Assembly (NCBI GenBank): GCA_022447095.1
Contig: JAKUUP010000006.1
Coordinates: forward strand, 2,123-66,122
DNA from: Candidatus Thalassarchaeum betae
GTDB taxonomy: Archaea > Thermoplasmatota > Poseidoniia > Poseidoniales > Thalassarchaeaceae
DNA: 64,000 nt
Reading direction: 5' to 3'
The translations under genes were made by a program, and so were the position numbers. The notes under the pieces were generated by a model, which was not told where the DNA came from, did not search any database, and was given only the letters and a program-made list of their open reading frames with translations. Position 1 is the stretch's first letter. Each line of letters begins with the position of its first letter. Positions 8,446-17,332 of this stretch are shown here, one piece after another.

Positions 8446-10503
8446 ATGGACCATCCGCTGCTGCAGTCATACGGTCCACTCGATGGCTGGCACATCTTGC
8501 TGCTCATCGGTGGTCTCTCGATAGGATTCTTTCTCTATCAGGTGCAGAAGGCCACTCGCCTAGTGATGCTAGGCGCTCCCGACGACCGCTTCGGCTCTTG
8601 GCGCGCGCGTATCAGCGAGTTCATGTCGGGCTGGTTGGGGCAGAAGCGCGTCCTCAGGGACAGATTCGTCGGGTCGATGCATGTCCTGATGTTCTGGGGT
8701 TTCCTGATGTTGGCTTCCGATATGTTCGACCTCGCCACAGCGAATACATTCTCCAACAAGATCCTGCCCGACGCGCTGCTCGGACCTTGGAACGGGATGG
8801 TCGAACTCGGCTACACGATGGCATTCATCGGTTGCGTGCCGGCCCTCATACGCAGGGTGGTTTTCGCTCCTGAGAAGCTCAAGCACGAATCACAACTCGA
8901 AGGCAACATCATTCTGTTCCTGATATTCTCTATCACGACGACATCATTCATCGTCGAGTCAATTCACGACCCATCTAGCAAGTGGGAACCCATCGGGCAC
9001 TGGGTCGGAGGAATGGGCCTCGCTGACGGAACCGTGATCGCGGCCTACTGGGTACACATGCTCTCGATATGCATTTTCTTCGTGCTCATACCGCTGTCCA
9101 AGCACATGCACTTGGTGATGGCCGTGCCCAACGTGTTCTTCCACGACACCGAGCCGGCGGGCAAGATGCGACCGCTCGCGGTCGGCGATGACGGCAAGGC
9201 GGTTCCGATGGAGGAGGTCTTGGAAATCGACCCTGATGACCTCGGACTCGGAGCCAGCTCCTACACTGATTACACCTGGAGACAACTCATCGACGGCTGG
9301 TCATGCACCTCCTGCGCACGATGCCAGGACGTGTGCCCGGCCTATGCATCCGGGAAGGGACTCAACCCAATGCAGGTCATCCACGACGTGCGTAACTACG
9401 CCAACGAACACGCGCCCCTGCTGCTGTCCGGCGAGCAGCCCGGGGAGACGATGATGCAGCGTATCACCGACGAGGCGGTCTGGGCGTGCACCACCTGCAA
9501 CGCGTGCGTCGATGTCTGTCCACTGTACATAGAGCACGTGCCCAAGCTGACCGACCTGCGCCGCAATGCTGTGATGGAGACGATGGAGTACCCAGAACAA
9601 CTCAACGTTGCGTTTGACAATATGGACTCCGCTTCAAACCCATACGGCTTCGGTTCGCACGAGCGCGCCGACTGGGCCGCAGACCTCGATGTCAAGGTCG
9701 GCGAGCCCGCAGAGTACATCTATTTCGTAGGCTGCGCTGCCAGTTTCGACGAGCGCAACCAGAAGGTGGCGCGCTCGACCATCTCCCTGCTGAAGGAGGC
9801 AGGACTGGATGTCGGCATTCTCGGCATGCAAGAGGGGTGCTCGGGCGACCCCGCCCGCAGGGCGGGCAACGAGTTCCTCTTCCAGATGCTCGCCGAGACC
9901 AACATGATGACCTTCCAGGAACTTGGAGTCAAGCGAATAGTGGCTTCCTGCCCGCACTGCTTCCACACTCTTGGAAAGGAGTACGGCGACTACGGTGGCG
10001 ACGAGCTCGAGGTCTTCCATCACTCGGAGATCCTCGCCAAACTACAGGAGGAGGGCAAGTTGCCGCAGGTCGAGAAGAACGACCGCAGCATGACCTTCCA
10101 CGACCCGTGCTACCTCGGACGCATCGGCGGCGTCATGGAAGAGCCGAGGAGCGTCATCGGCGGCGTCGACGTGGAGACCGAGAATCACGGACAGGACTCC
10201 TTCTGCTGCGGCGCTGGAGGCGCGCAGATGTGGATGGAGGAGGACGCCGACAAGCGCGTCAACGTCATCCGCGCCGCCGAGTTAGCTGAGACCGGTTGCG
10301 ATACGGTGGCGGTCGGATGCCCGTTCTGCTCGATAATGGTCAAGGATGGATTGGATGCTGTGGGTGCCGAGATGGAAGTGATGGACGTGGCCGAGATACT
10401 GTGGGAGCAGATCGTCTCCCGGGATGCTGACATCCACAAGCAATATCAGAAGAAATCCGGTAAAGCCCGTATATGGAGTTCCAGTAAAGCCGGATTCATT
10501 TGA
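8446..10503 (+). CDS. membrane-bound Fe-S oxidoreductase: N-terminal NarI/HdrE-like multi-His 5-TM domain fused to an HdrD/GlpC-like domain (2x[4Fe-4S] + two CCG domains)
   Basis: GGGAG RBS 6 nt upstream of the ATG. TM helices carry conserved His (HVLMFWGF, HWVGG, HMLSICIFF...SKHMH). Ferredoxin motifs CTSCARCQDVCP and CTTCNACVDVCP. CCG-type motifs YFVGCAAS, HDPCYLGR and FCCGAGG. Confidence 0.75.
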   Translation: MDHPLLQSYGPLDGWHILLLIGGLSIGFFLYQVQKATRLVMLGAPDDRFGSWRARISEFMSGWLGQKRVLRDRFVGSMHVLMFWGFLMLASDMFDLATANTFSNKILPDALLGPWNGMVELGYTMAFIGCVPALIRRVVFAPEKLKHESQLEGNIILFLIFSITTTSFIVESIHDPSSKWEPIGHWVGGMGLADGTVIAAYWVHMLSICIFFVLIPLSKHMHLVMAVPNVFFHDTEPAGKMRPLAVGDDGKAVPMEEVLEIDPDDLGLGASSYTDYTWRQLIDGWSCTSCARCQDVCPAYASGKGLNPMQVIHDVRNYANEHAPLLLSGEQPGETMMQRITDEAVWACTTCNACVDVCPLYIEHVPKLTDLRRNAVMETMEYPEQLNVAFDNMDSASNPYGFGSHERADWAADLDVKVGEPAEYIYFVGCAASFDERNQKVARSTISLLKEAGLDVGILGMQEGCSGDPARRAGNEFLFQMLAETNMMTFQELGVKRIVASCPHCFHTLGKEYGDYGGDELEVFHHSEILAKLQEEGKLPQVEKNDRSMTFHDPCYLGRIGGVMEEPRSVIGGVDVETENHGQDSFCCGAGGAQMWMEEDADKRVNVIRAAELAETGCDTVAVGCPFCSIMVKDGLDAVGAEMEVMDVAEILWEQIVSRDADIHKQYQKKSGKARIWSSSKAGFI

Positions 10504-10586
10504 CCCAGTATAGAGGATAGTAATTCGAATATTGGGGAAGATTACTCAATCGTGAACATCAAAAAGAAACTGCCGTTAGAGATTGT

Positions 10587-10988
10587 ATGAGCGACGAATT
10601 CACCGCATTCGGGATGACCATACCAAGAATCGCAATACTGAATGGCGCTGTTCTTACACTCTGGGGAGTAATATCCTACTTCATGCAAAGTGCAGACCCT
10701 CCGTCAATTACCGCGCTTATTCCAGCATTCATGGGTTTTCCAATGCTTGCTCTGGGGGTGTTGTCTGAGAGGAATGGCAAGAACAGACATCATTACATGC
10801 ATATTTCAATGGTTTTGGCACTAGTCATGACAATAGGTGGAGCAAGGATTGTAACGGGCTATTCAGATATGTCTACTCTGGCTATAATTTCGCATCTACT
10901 ACTTCTTCAGGTCGGCATTTCCTTCATTATAGTCGGAATCAAGTCATTTAGATTTGCCAGACTACAGAGAGAAGCAATCGGTGATTGA
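10587..10988 (+). CDS. small 4-TM membrane protein, hypothetical (compositionally AT-richer than surroundings)
   Basis: Hydrophobic helices. Preceded by an AT-rich 83-nt spacer. The gene reads mid-40s % GC by eye against ~60% flanks. Confidence 0.5.
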   Translation: MSDEFTAFGMTIPRIAILNGAVLTLWGVISYFMQSADPPSITALIPAFMGFPMLALGVLSERNGKNRHHYMHISMVLALVMTIGGARIVTGYSDMSTLAIISHLLLLQVGISFIIVGIKSFRFARLQREAIGD

Positions 10989-11678
10989 GTGCGACCAGTA
11001 ATCGGAGTCACCTGCTTCATGCGTGACACTGTCTACGGGAACTGGCACAGGCACGCAGCCATACTGCCCTCGGCATATGTCTCCGCAATAGACAGGGTCG
11101 GCGGTACGCCGCTCATCATCCCGCCAGCAGGCGACATGACCAAGATTCTCGACAGTATCGATGGTTTGGTCGTCTCAGGTGGGCCGGATCTGTACCCTGA
11201 CAATTATGGAGAAGAGCCTGAGTCGATGACCGTAGAGTTCTACCCTGAACAGGATGCCACTGAGATGAGTCTAATCCGAGAGGCCATGGCCAGAGATATG
11301 CCATTCTTCGGCGTTTGCAGAGGCATGCAACTCCTCAGCGTGATGCATGGCGGGCGTCTGCACCAACACTTGGACACGACCCCAGGACACGAGGGTCACG
11401 GAGGCTTCGACGGCGTCGAGACAGAGCACGGAGTCTCAACAAGTCCAGGATCCTTGCTGGAGAGTCTAATGGGCAAATCAATCACAGTCAATTCGACGCA
11501 TCATCAGGGTGTCGCCGATGCAGGTGACTTGACGGTCGCGGCCATAGCCAAGCATGACGGGCTGATTGAGGCAGTTGAGCGCCAAGATCTGAGATTTTGC
11601 CTAGGTGTACAGTGGCACCCCGAGCGCGCCGGGCATGACGTACTGTACTCGGCGCTAGTGGAAGCGGCGCGGGGTTGA
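10989..11678 (+). CDS. class I glutamine amidotransferase / peptidase C26 (gamma-glutamyl hydrolase-like)
   Basis: GTG start immediately after the upstream stop. Catalytic Cys motif FGVCRGMQLL; downstream His in GVQWHPE. Confidence 0.8.
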   Translation: MRPVIGVTCFMRDTVYGNWHRHAAILPSAYVSAIDRVGGTPLIIPPAGDMTKILDSIDGLVVSGGPDLYPDNYGEEPESMTVEFYPEQDATEMSLIREAMARDMPFFGVCRGMQLLSVMHGGRLHQHLDTTPGHEGHGGFDGVETEHGVSTSPGSLLESLMGKSITVNSTHHQGVADAGDLTVAAIAKHDGLIEAVERQDLRFCLGVQWHPERAGHDVLYSALVEAARG

Positions 11679-13096
11679 TGACTAGTAAGCCGCCGAGCCC
11701 GGACAGAATGACGCTCAGAGTGTATGACACGCGCTCGCGCGAGAAGCGCAAGTTGACCACTCTCGATGATGGCAAGGTGAGGATGTACGTCTGCGGCATC
11801 ACGCCTTACTCTCCCAGTCACCTAGGTCACGCACGCTGCTACCTCGCTTTCGACGTAGTGCACCGCTGGCTGGAGGCGAGCGGGTTCGAAGTCGACTACG
11901 TGCAGAACTTTACCGACATCGATGACAAGATACTCGACATCTCCGACTCGGAAGGAGTCGACTACTCAGTGGTCGCGAACAGGAACATCGACGAGTACTT
12001 CGAGGTCATGGACGCGATGAACGTCCTGAGGGCCGACCACTATCCTCGAGTCACTGAGACAATCACCGAGATCATCGAGATGGTCTCCACCCTAGTGGAC
12101 AAGGGCCACGCCTATGTTGGGGGCGACGGGGTTTACTTCGAGATTGACACTGCCCCGGAGAAGTACGGGCAACTGACGGGCCAGACCCTCGAGATGGTTC
12201 GAGCCGGTGCGGGCGGACGTGTTGAAAAGACCGGTTCAGGCAAGCGAGACCACCGCGACTTTGCGCTATGGAAGCTGGCCAAGCCCGGAGAGCCCTCGTG
12301 GGAAAGTCCGTGGGGTGCTGGCAGACCGGGTTGGCACATCGAATGCTCGGCGATGTCTCTCAAGCACTTCGGCGAGCATTTCGACATCCACGGCGGCGGC
12401 CACGACCTCCGATTCCCCCACCACGAAGCCGAGATATTCCAGTCCGAGTGCTGCACAGGCCGCGAGCCAGTAGTAGGCTACTGGATGCACAATGGCTTCG
12501 TCAACGTTGACGGCGAGAAAATGAGCAAGAGTCTAGGCAACTTCTGGACAGTCAGAGATACCTTCGAGCATCACGCCCCTCTCGCCTTGCGCTACGCGCT
12601 GCTCAGTGTCCCATATCGCAATCCAATCGATCTGACTCCCGAGTTCCTCGAGGACGCAACCACTCACTACGACAGGCTCGTCGAGGCGTATGGGGCCTCA
12701 CTCAGCGCGGACGGCGAGTCGGGCGACGACCTTGCAGGAGCCAGCGAGCGATTCACTGCAGCGATGGATGATGACTTCAACACTCGAGCGGCAATGATCG
12801 AGGTTCAGGGAGTGGTGGCCTCCGCAGCCGGCTCCGATGTGGCCAACTGGCTGGAGCAGTATGCCGGAGACGCCCTCGGACTTCTCCCTTCATCTGACGA
12901 GGTCATGGCAGGACTGGCACAGGCCGACTTGGCTCGGGCTGAGGTCGCCGAACGGGTCGAGGCGCTGCTGGCCGAGCGTGAGGGCGCCCGAGATTCGAGC
13001 GACTGGGCACGCGCGGACGAGATCCGTGACGAACTTTCTTCAATAGGCGTCATAGTAGAGGACGGTCCGGACGGCCCGACTTGGCACTTGGCCTAA
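11675..13096 (+). CDS. cysS: cysteinyl-tRNA synthetase
   Basis: HIGH-type motif [10 protein letters not shown] and KMSKS (KMSKSLGN). Start overlaps the amidotransferase stop (ATGA); 473 aa. Confidence 0.95.
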   Translation: MMTSKPPSPDRMTLRVYDTRSREKRKLTTLDDGKVRMYVCGITPYSPSHLGHARCYLAFDVVHRWLEASGFEVDYVQNFTDIDDKILDISDSEGVDYSVVANRNIDEYFEVMDAMNVLRADHYPRVTETITEIIEMVSTLVDKGHAYVGGDGVYFEIDTAPEKYGQLTGQTLEMVRAGAGGRVEKTGSGKRDHRDFALWKLAKPGEPSWESPWGAGRPGWHIECSAMSLKHFGEHFDIHGGGHDLRFPHHEAEIFQSECCTGREPVVGYWMHNGFVNVDGEKMSKSLGNFWTVRDTFEHHAPLALRYALLSVPYRNPIDLTPEFLEDATTHYDRLVEAYGASLSADGESGDDLAGASERFTAAMDDDFNTRAAMIEVQGVVASAAGSDVANWLEQYAGDALGLLPSSDEVMAGLAQADLARAEVAERVEALLAEREGARDSSDWARADEIRDELSSIGVIVEDGPDGPTWHLA

Positions 13097-15793
13097 TCAC
13101 TCCTCTTCCACGAGCACGGACGGCTCGCGTCCTGAGAGCTCACGCAGGTTGGAGTTGACTATCCCAATCGAGCCCACAATCACGGCCAGAGCGACGAAGA
13201 TAGCCACCCAGTAGAAAGGTCCGTCCATCCAGCTCTCTTCCTCCGGCTCGGGCTCTGGCTCGGGCCCAGACTCCTCCTCGGCATCTATGAAGGCGTAGCC
13301 ATACCGACAGGTCACCTCATCGGGATAGGCCCCGGAATCGGAGCACAGGTGGGCCGGCACGGCAACTGCGTCGGCCACGTCGAGGTTGCAGAACGAGCCG
13401 CCGACCTCGATGCACTCCTCGGTCGGCTGCATGACGATCAGTATCGCACCGCACAGCAGGACCTTGCTGCCCGGGGTCGTGGGCACGTTGGCCTCGGAGA
13501 GAGTCGCTTCGGTAGATTCGCACTCCTCGAGGTGTATCCCCTCGTCGATGGTGGTCGGGTGCGGGATGGTGCCGCCACGCGGCCCGTAGGTCGGCCACAG
13601 GACCGGCAGCTCGGGTTCAGGGACCGGAGTTTGGTTGTTTTCGCCCCCGCACACCGTGGTGTCACTGCAGTCGAAGTCGTCGCAGTCAACGTATGGGTCG
13701 CCGTCGTTATCCACGCCGTCGCTACAAGCAGCTTCGGTGTCCTCCGAGCCGCCGTTGCTCGGAGGGGTGGTGTCAATCGGACCGGCTCCGGCAACAGTCC
13801 CGTCGACACGATGCCCATCCTCGTTCAGTTCTACGTCGTAGTAGTCCCCCCACAGGTCGATGGTCCGTCCACTCTGGAATGTCAGGGAGTTGTTCAGGAC
13901 ATCGAAGTAGCGCTCATCGCCGAGTGTGAACAGGTACTCCAGCGGCACGCCAGCGCCTTGGTTGCATTCCTGAAGCGCAGTGAGCATTTCGGCGTAGGTC
14001 TGCTGCGCTTCCGGCACGCCGTCGTAGGTGATATCGGTGGCTTTGGTGAAGCCAACGCCCTGGATTATCTCCACTTCTTCGTCCATCGCCTGCATGATGT
14101 CGACATCGCCGTAAATCGCCAGTCCGCCCACGACGACTAGGCGAACGTCGGGATCGATTGCGTCGACGACGTTGCGGTACGGGTCAGAGCGGAAGGTGTC
14201 GAGCACGACTAGGTCGGCGGCCAACCCCTCCTGGATGCGGCCCGTATGCTCGGACCAGCCGATGGCGTCGACGATGTTGGTGGTGATTGCTTGAACCAGT
14301 TCGTAATCGGTGAAGACATCGCCGAGGACGTTGTCATCCCACCAATCAGCGGTTTTCAACTCGTGCATCGAGCTCTTGGAGCCCGATGGCCCCCAGTCGG
14401 GCCCGATCATGATGTTCACGCCTTCCGCCTTCGCAGTCGCGATGTCCGTGGTGTCGCCGTAGAGCAGCAGGTTCGAGGTCGGCGACCAAGCTAGGCTCCC
14501 GCCCACGTCTCCAAGCGCTGAGAGCTCGGTCTGCGTCAGACCGGTGCCGTGGACAATGACGACCTCGCCGACGAGCAGGTCGTTGCCGACGAGGATGTCG
14601 AACTCGGCGCGACTCGATTCGTCGATGCCCTCGGCGAGGTGTAGGAACCAGGCGTCGAGTTCGCCTGAGGCGTTGCCGTCCTTGATGTGCTGTCCGGAGT
14701 AATCTGACTCCAGTTCGGTGACCTTGGTGTGGATGTAGTCCTTGCCGAAGTTGTAGAGTTCGATGTTGCGCGCGAGCATCGTCTCGAAAGTGTCGGTGGA
14801 GGACGTGCTGCTGCCCTGCAGCGCGGTGTTGCCACCGGCGACCGCTCGTAGTTCGGCGAATCGCATCGCGGATGAGTCGTATAGTGAGCATCCAATGTCC
14901 TTTGCATCGCTATAGCCCGAGTATGACTGCCATTGGTATCTATTATCCCATCCGTCTGTTCCGTGGTCCCAGAGCGGAATTAGGTTGTATTTTGCATGGT
15001 TGTGGGGATCTATGAATCCGGGGTATATTGTGCCACTGGTAGGAATCGACATGACCCCTGCTGCAGTTGCCGGTGCACCACCCTCAGCACTCCAAACGGC
15101 ATCAATTATCCCATCACGCACGAGAACTCGACCGTCTTCTATGACGTCGTTCTCGGAAACCATCGTCACTACGCGCCCCTCGAGGATGTACTCCCCGTTG
15201 TGGACGTGGTCCTGCGGAGGGTAGCAGTTGCCCTGCAGGTGGTTGGCACCGCCCCACTCTAGGTGGTTGGCGCCTCCCGGGGTCGGGCTGCCGTCGGACA
15301 GCTTGGCCCAGTTGCCGCTTAACGAATCGTAGCCGTAGGGGATATCCCAGTCCGAATCCTCGCCCCCGTAGCTCACCGAGTCGACCTCGGTGCCCGAGCC
15401 ATCGAGAAGGCGAATCGTGTCCCCGTCCCAGAAGTCGAACTCGATTCCCGTCCACGACCGGTAGAAGACGACGTAGGCACCCGCCTCGAGGACGGTGCCC
15501 CAGCCGATGCTGCACGCCGGCGAACCGCCGTCGGCGATGTCGTCGAGCCACCACCCGCCGATGTCTATTGCATCGGAAGTGGGGTTGTGCAGTTCTACGA
15601 ACTGGTCGTTGTAGGTCCCCATCGAACCGTCACCGTTCCAGTCCGTGCCGTCATATTGCTCGTTGTTAGGGGAGACTAGAATTTCGTTGATGTAAATCGC
15701 ATCGGTGGGAGCAGTCTGCGCAGATGTCACCATTACTGGGCCCAGACTCGTCATCAGCAGCAGTAGGATTGCGGTCATAGCAGATGCGCGCAT
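13097..15793 (-). CDS. secreted, C-terminally membrane-anchored protein: N-terminal lamin-tail (LTD) domain + amidohydrolase-like metallohydrolase domain + Cys-rich module
   Basis: Signal peptide MRASAMTAILLLLMTSLGPVMVTSAQT. LTD-like IYINEILVSPNN...DQFVELHNPT...IGGWWLDD. Metal motif FIDPHNHAKY plus later HG. Cys/Asp-rich segment CSDGVDNDGDPYVDCDDFDCSD. EPEPEPEPEEE linker then TM VAIFVALAVIVGSIGIV. Confidence 0.7.
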   Translation of the reverse strand: MRASAMTAILLLLMTSLGPVMVTSAQTAPTDAIYINEILVSPNNEQYDGTDWNGDGSMGTYNDQFVELHNPTSDAIDIGGWWLDDIADGGSPACSIGWGTVLEAGAYVVFYRSWTGIEFDFWDGDTIRLLDGSGTEVDSVSYGGEDSDWDIPYGYDSLSGNWAKLSDGSPTPGGANHLEWGGANHLQGNCYPPQDHVHNGEYILEGRVVTMVSENDVIEDGRVLVRDGIIDAVWSAEGGAPATAAGVMSIPTSGTIYPGFIDPHNHAKYNLIPLWDHGTDGWDNRYQWQSYSGYSDAKDIGCSLYDSSAMRFAELRAVAGGNTALQGSSTSSTDTFETMLARNIELYNFGKDYIHTKVTELESDYSGQHIKDGNASGELDAWFLHLAEGIDESSRAEFDILVGNDLLVGEVVIVHGTGLTQTELSALGDVGGSLAWSPTSNLLLYGDTTDIATAKAEGVNIMIGPDWGPSGSKSSMHELKTADWWDDNVLGDVFTDYELVQAITTNIVDAIGWSEHTGRIQEGLAADLVVLDTFRSDPYRNVVDAIDPDVRLVVVGGLAIYGDVDIMQAMDEEVEIIQGVGFTKATDITYDGVPEAQQTYAEMLTALQECNQGAGVPLEYLFTLGDERYFDVLNNSLTFQSGRTIDLWGDYYDVELNEDGHRVDGTVAGAGPIDTTPPSNGGSEDTEAACSDGVDNDGDPYVDCDDFDCSDTTVCGGENNQTPVPEPELPVLWPTYGPRGGTIPHPTTIDEGIHLEECESTEATLSEANVPTTPGSKVLLCGAILIVMQPTEECIEVGGSFCNLDVADAVAVPAHLCSDSGAYPDEVTCRYGYAFIDAEEESGPEPEPEPEEESWMDGPFYWVAIFVALAVIVGSIGIVNSNLRELSGREPSVLVEEE

Positions 15794-15862
15794 GGCTCGC
15801 TAACGCCCTGCTTCAGGCTTTGAACCTCACCGCCCTGCGTTGCAGGGCGCATCACGTGCGAA

Positions 15863-17329
15863 GTGCGAAATACGGCCTTCTCACGGGGTTGGAGCATGGC
15901 CGAAGCGCGAGTGTCGCGAGCGGTGCTCGCGGTGATGATGGTCTCCAGCATGACGCTTGCAGGATGCTTCGGTGGTGGCGAGGTCGGAGATGATAGCCTG
16001 ACGCCATGGGATTCTGGCTACAATTACATCGATACCCCCTCGTCCTACGAGGATCCTCGGAACTTCACCGTAGGTGCGCCGTTCAGCAACGATACCTGGG
16101 GCAACTCTACTTGGACAGTCTACGGTAATGAGCACGGCGGCAACTGCTGCGAGCACTACCTGGCCGCCACCAAGGAGGGCTGGATACTAAACTTCGGCGG
16201 CGAATACCCGACTTGGAGCGAGGATAGGGGGCTGACTTGGAAGGAGTGGCAGCCCACCATCTTCTCGCAGTTCGGCTGTTATCTGCCCAAGCCCACGATT
16301 CCGGGCCAGGAGGGGCTGGGAGAGGGCAGCATCGTTCAGGCCACCAATGGCGACCTCATCGCGATGGGCTGGTTCCCGTACCCGAGCACCAGCGGAGCCG
16401 ACCAGTTCTACGCCTTCTTCTACGATGCAGAGGACGAGGACTGGAGTTGGTGCTACAACCGGCCCCCTGAGGCCTTCTACGACAGGTCGTGGCAGGTTGA
16501 AGTCACGGGCCCCATCAGCAGTATCTACGGCAGCGGGCCTTGGGCCAGCCTCGTCATCAGCAACTTCTGGCACCAAGTGGCCAACCGTGGCGGACAGATT
16601 AGCACTGACGGGTTGAACTACCAGAACTTCGACTTCCCCGATCGCGATGCAAACCTCGACGTGATGGAGGTTGACCTCGACTTCGAGGAGCTCGGTGTCG
16701 AGTGGGATTACACCAAGCCGCACAAGGAGATGCGCTCCTTCCCGGTGCCCTCGGGCGGTCTGTACTTCCCTAACTACTTCGACGGAGGAGTGGACGCATA
16801 CCTAGACACCTCGCTCAGCTGGTGGGCTGCGACCAATGCCAACGGTAGCAGTCTACCTTCTCAGTACTGCTCCTTTGACTCCTCAACGGCGCTCCACTGC
16901 GTAACCGCCGCAGGCACAGTTCTCCAGCACACGCTCTCATGGGACGGCGGCCTGACTTGGACCAACCAGACCTACAACCTGTCTTCAGTCGCAACGGAAT
17001 TGGAGGAGTGGGAGTTCCACGCCAACGGCGCTCAGGACCTGTTCGTGCTCAACGTCCGCTACCAGAGCGCCGAGGGTCCCGACGTCGACGTCGCATGGCA
17101 CGTCAGGGAGTACTCGGAGAGCCTTGTACCCGACATGAAGACCCACCTCGGGCTCGGCGACCTCGACTCGACCTCGGGCGCGGGGAACGACATCAGGTTC
17201 GATTTCGCCAGCATGGGCATCCTTCCTGACGGCGGCGCGTTCATCGCCTACCACGACTCGACCGACCCCGATCCGCTGTTTGGCGTCGAGATGCTGCTTC
17301 CCGTCAGATACGGCCCCGCAGTTGCTTAA
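15863..17329 (+). CDS. BNR/Asp-box repeat (sialidase-like beta-propeller) lipoprotein
   Basis: Signal peptide + lipobox (MTLAGCFGG). Asp-box repeats SEDRGLTWKEW and SWDGGLTWTNQ. Confidence 0.7.
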   Translation: MRNTAFSRGWSMAEARVSRAVLAVMMVSSMTLAGCFGGGEVGDDSLTPWDSGYNYIDTPSSYEDPRNFTVGAPFSNDTWGNSTWTVYGNEHGGNCCEHYLAATKEGWILNFGGEYPTWSEDRGLTWKEWQPTIFSQFGCYLPKPTIPGQEGLGEGSIVQATNGDLIAMGWFPYPSTSGADQFYAFFYDAEDEDWSWCYNRPPEAFYDRSWQVEVTGPISSIYGSGPWASLVISNFWHQVANRGGQISTDGLNYQNFDFPDRDANLDVMEVDLDFEELGVEWDYTKPHKEMRSFPVPSGGLYFPNYFDGGVDAYLDTSLSWWAATNANGSSLPSQYCSFDSSTALHCVTAAGTVLQHTLSWDGGLTWTNQTYNLSSVATELEEWEFHANGAQDLFVLNVRYQSAEGPDVDVAWHVREYSESLVPDMKTHLGLGDLDSTSGAGNDIRFDFASMGILPDGGAFIAYHDSTDPDPLFGVEMLLPVRYGPAVA

Positions 17330-17332
17330 TCA

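Noticed and set aside
8330-8479. 50-aa N-terminal extension of mevalonate kinase in the listed ORF
   Set aside because: The extension is Pro/Arg-rich and non-conserved-looking, and would overlap the divergent HdrED-like gene start. ATG at 8329 gives the canonical MVK N-terminus.
13349-14140. 263-aa plus-strand ORF, and several other antisense ORFs, inside the LTD-amidohydrolase gene
   Set aside because: Arg/Gly/Val-rich low-complexity translation in antisense of a well-supported gene. Similar shadow ORFs accompany ileS, the HdrED-like gene and the Rieske gene.
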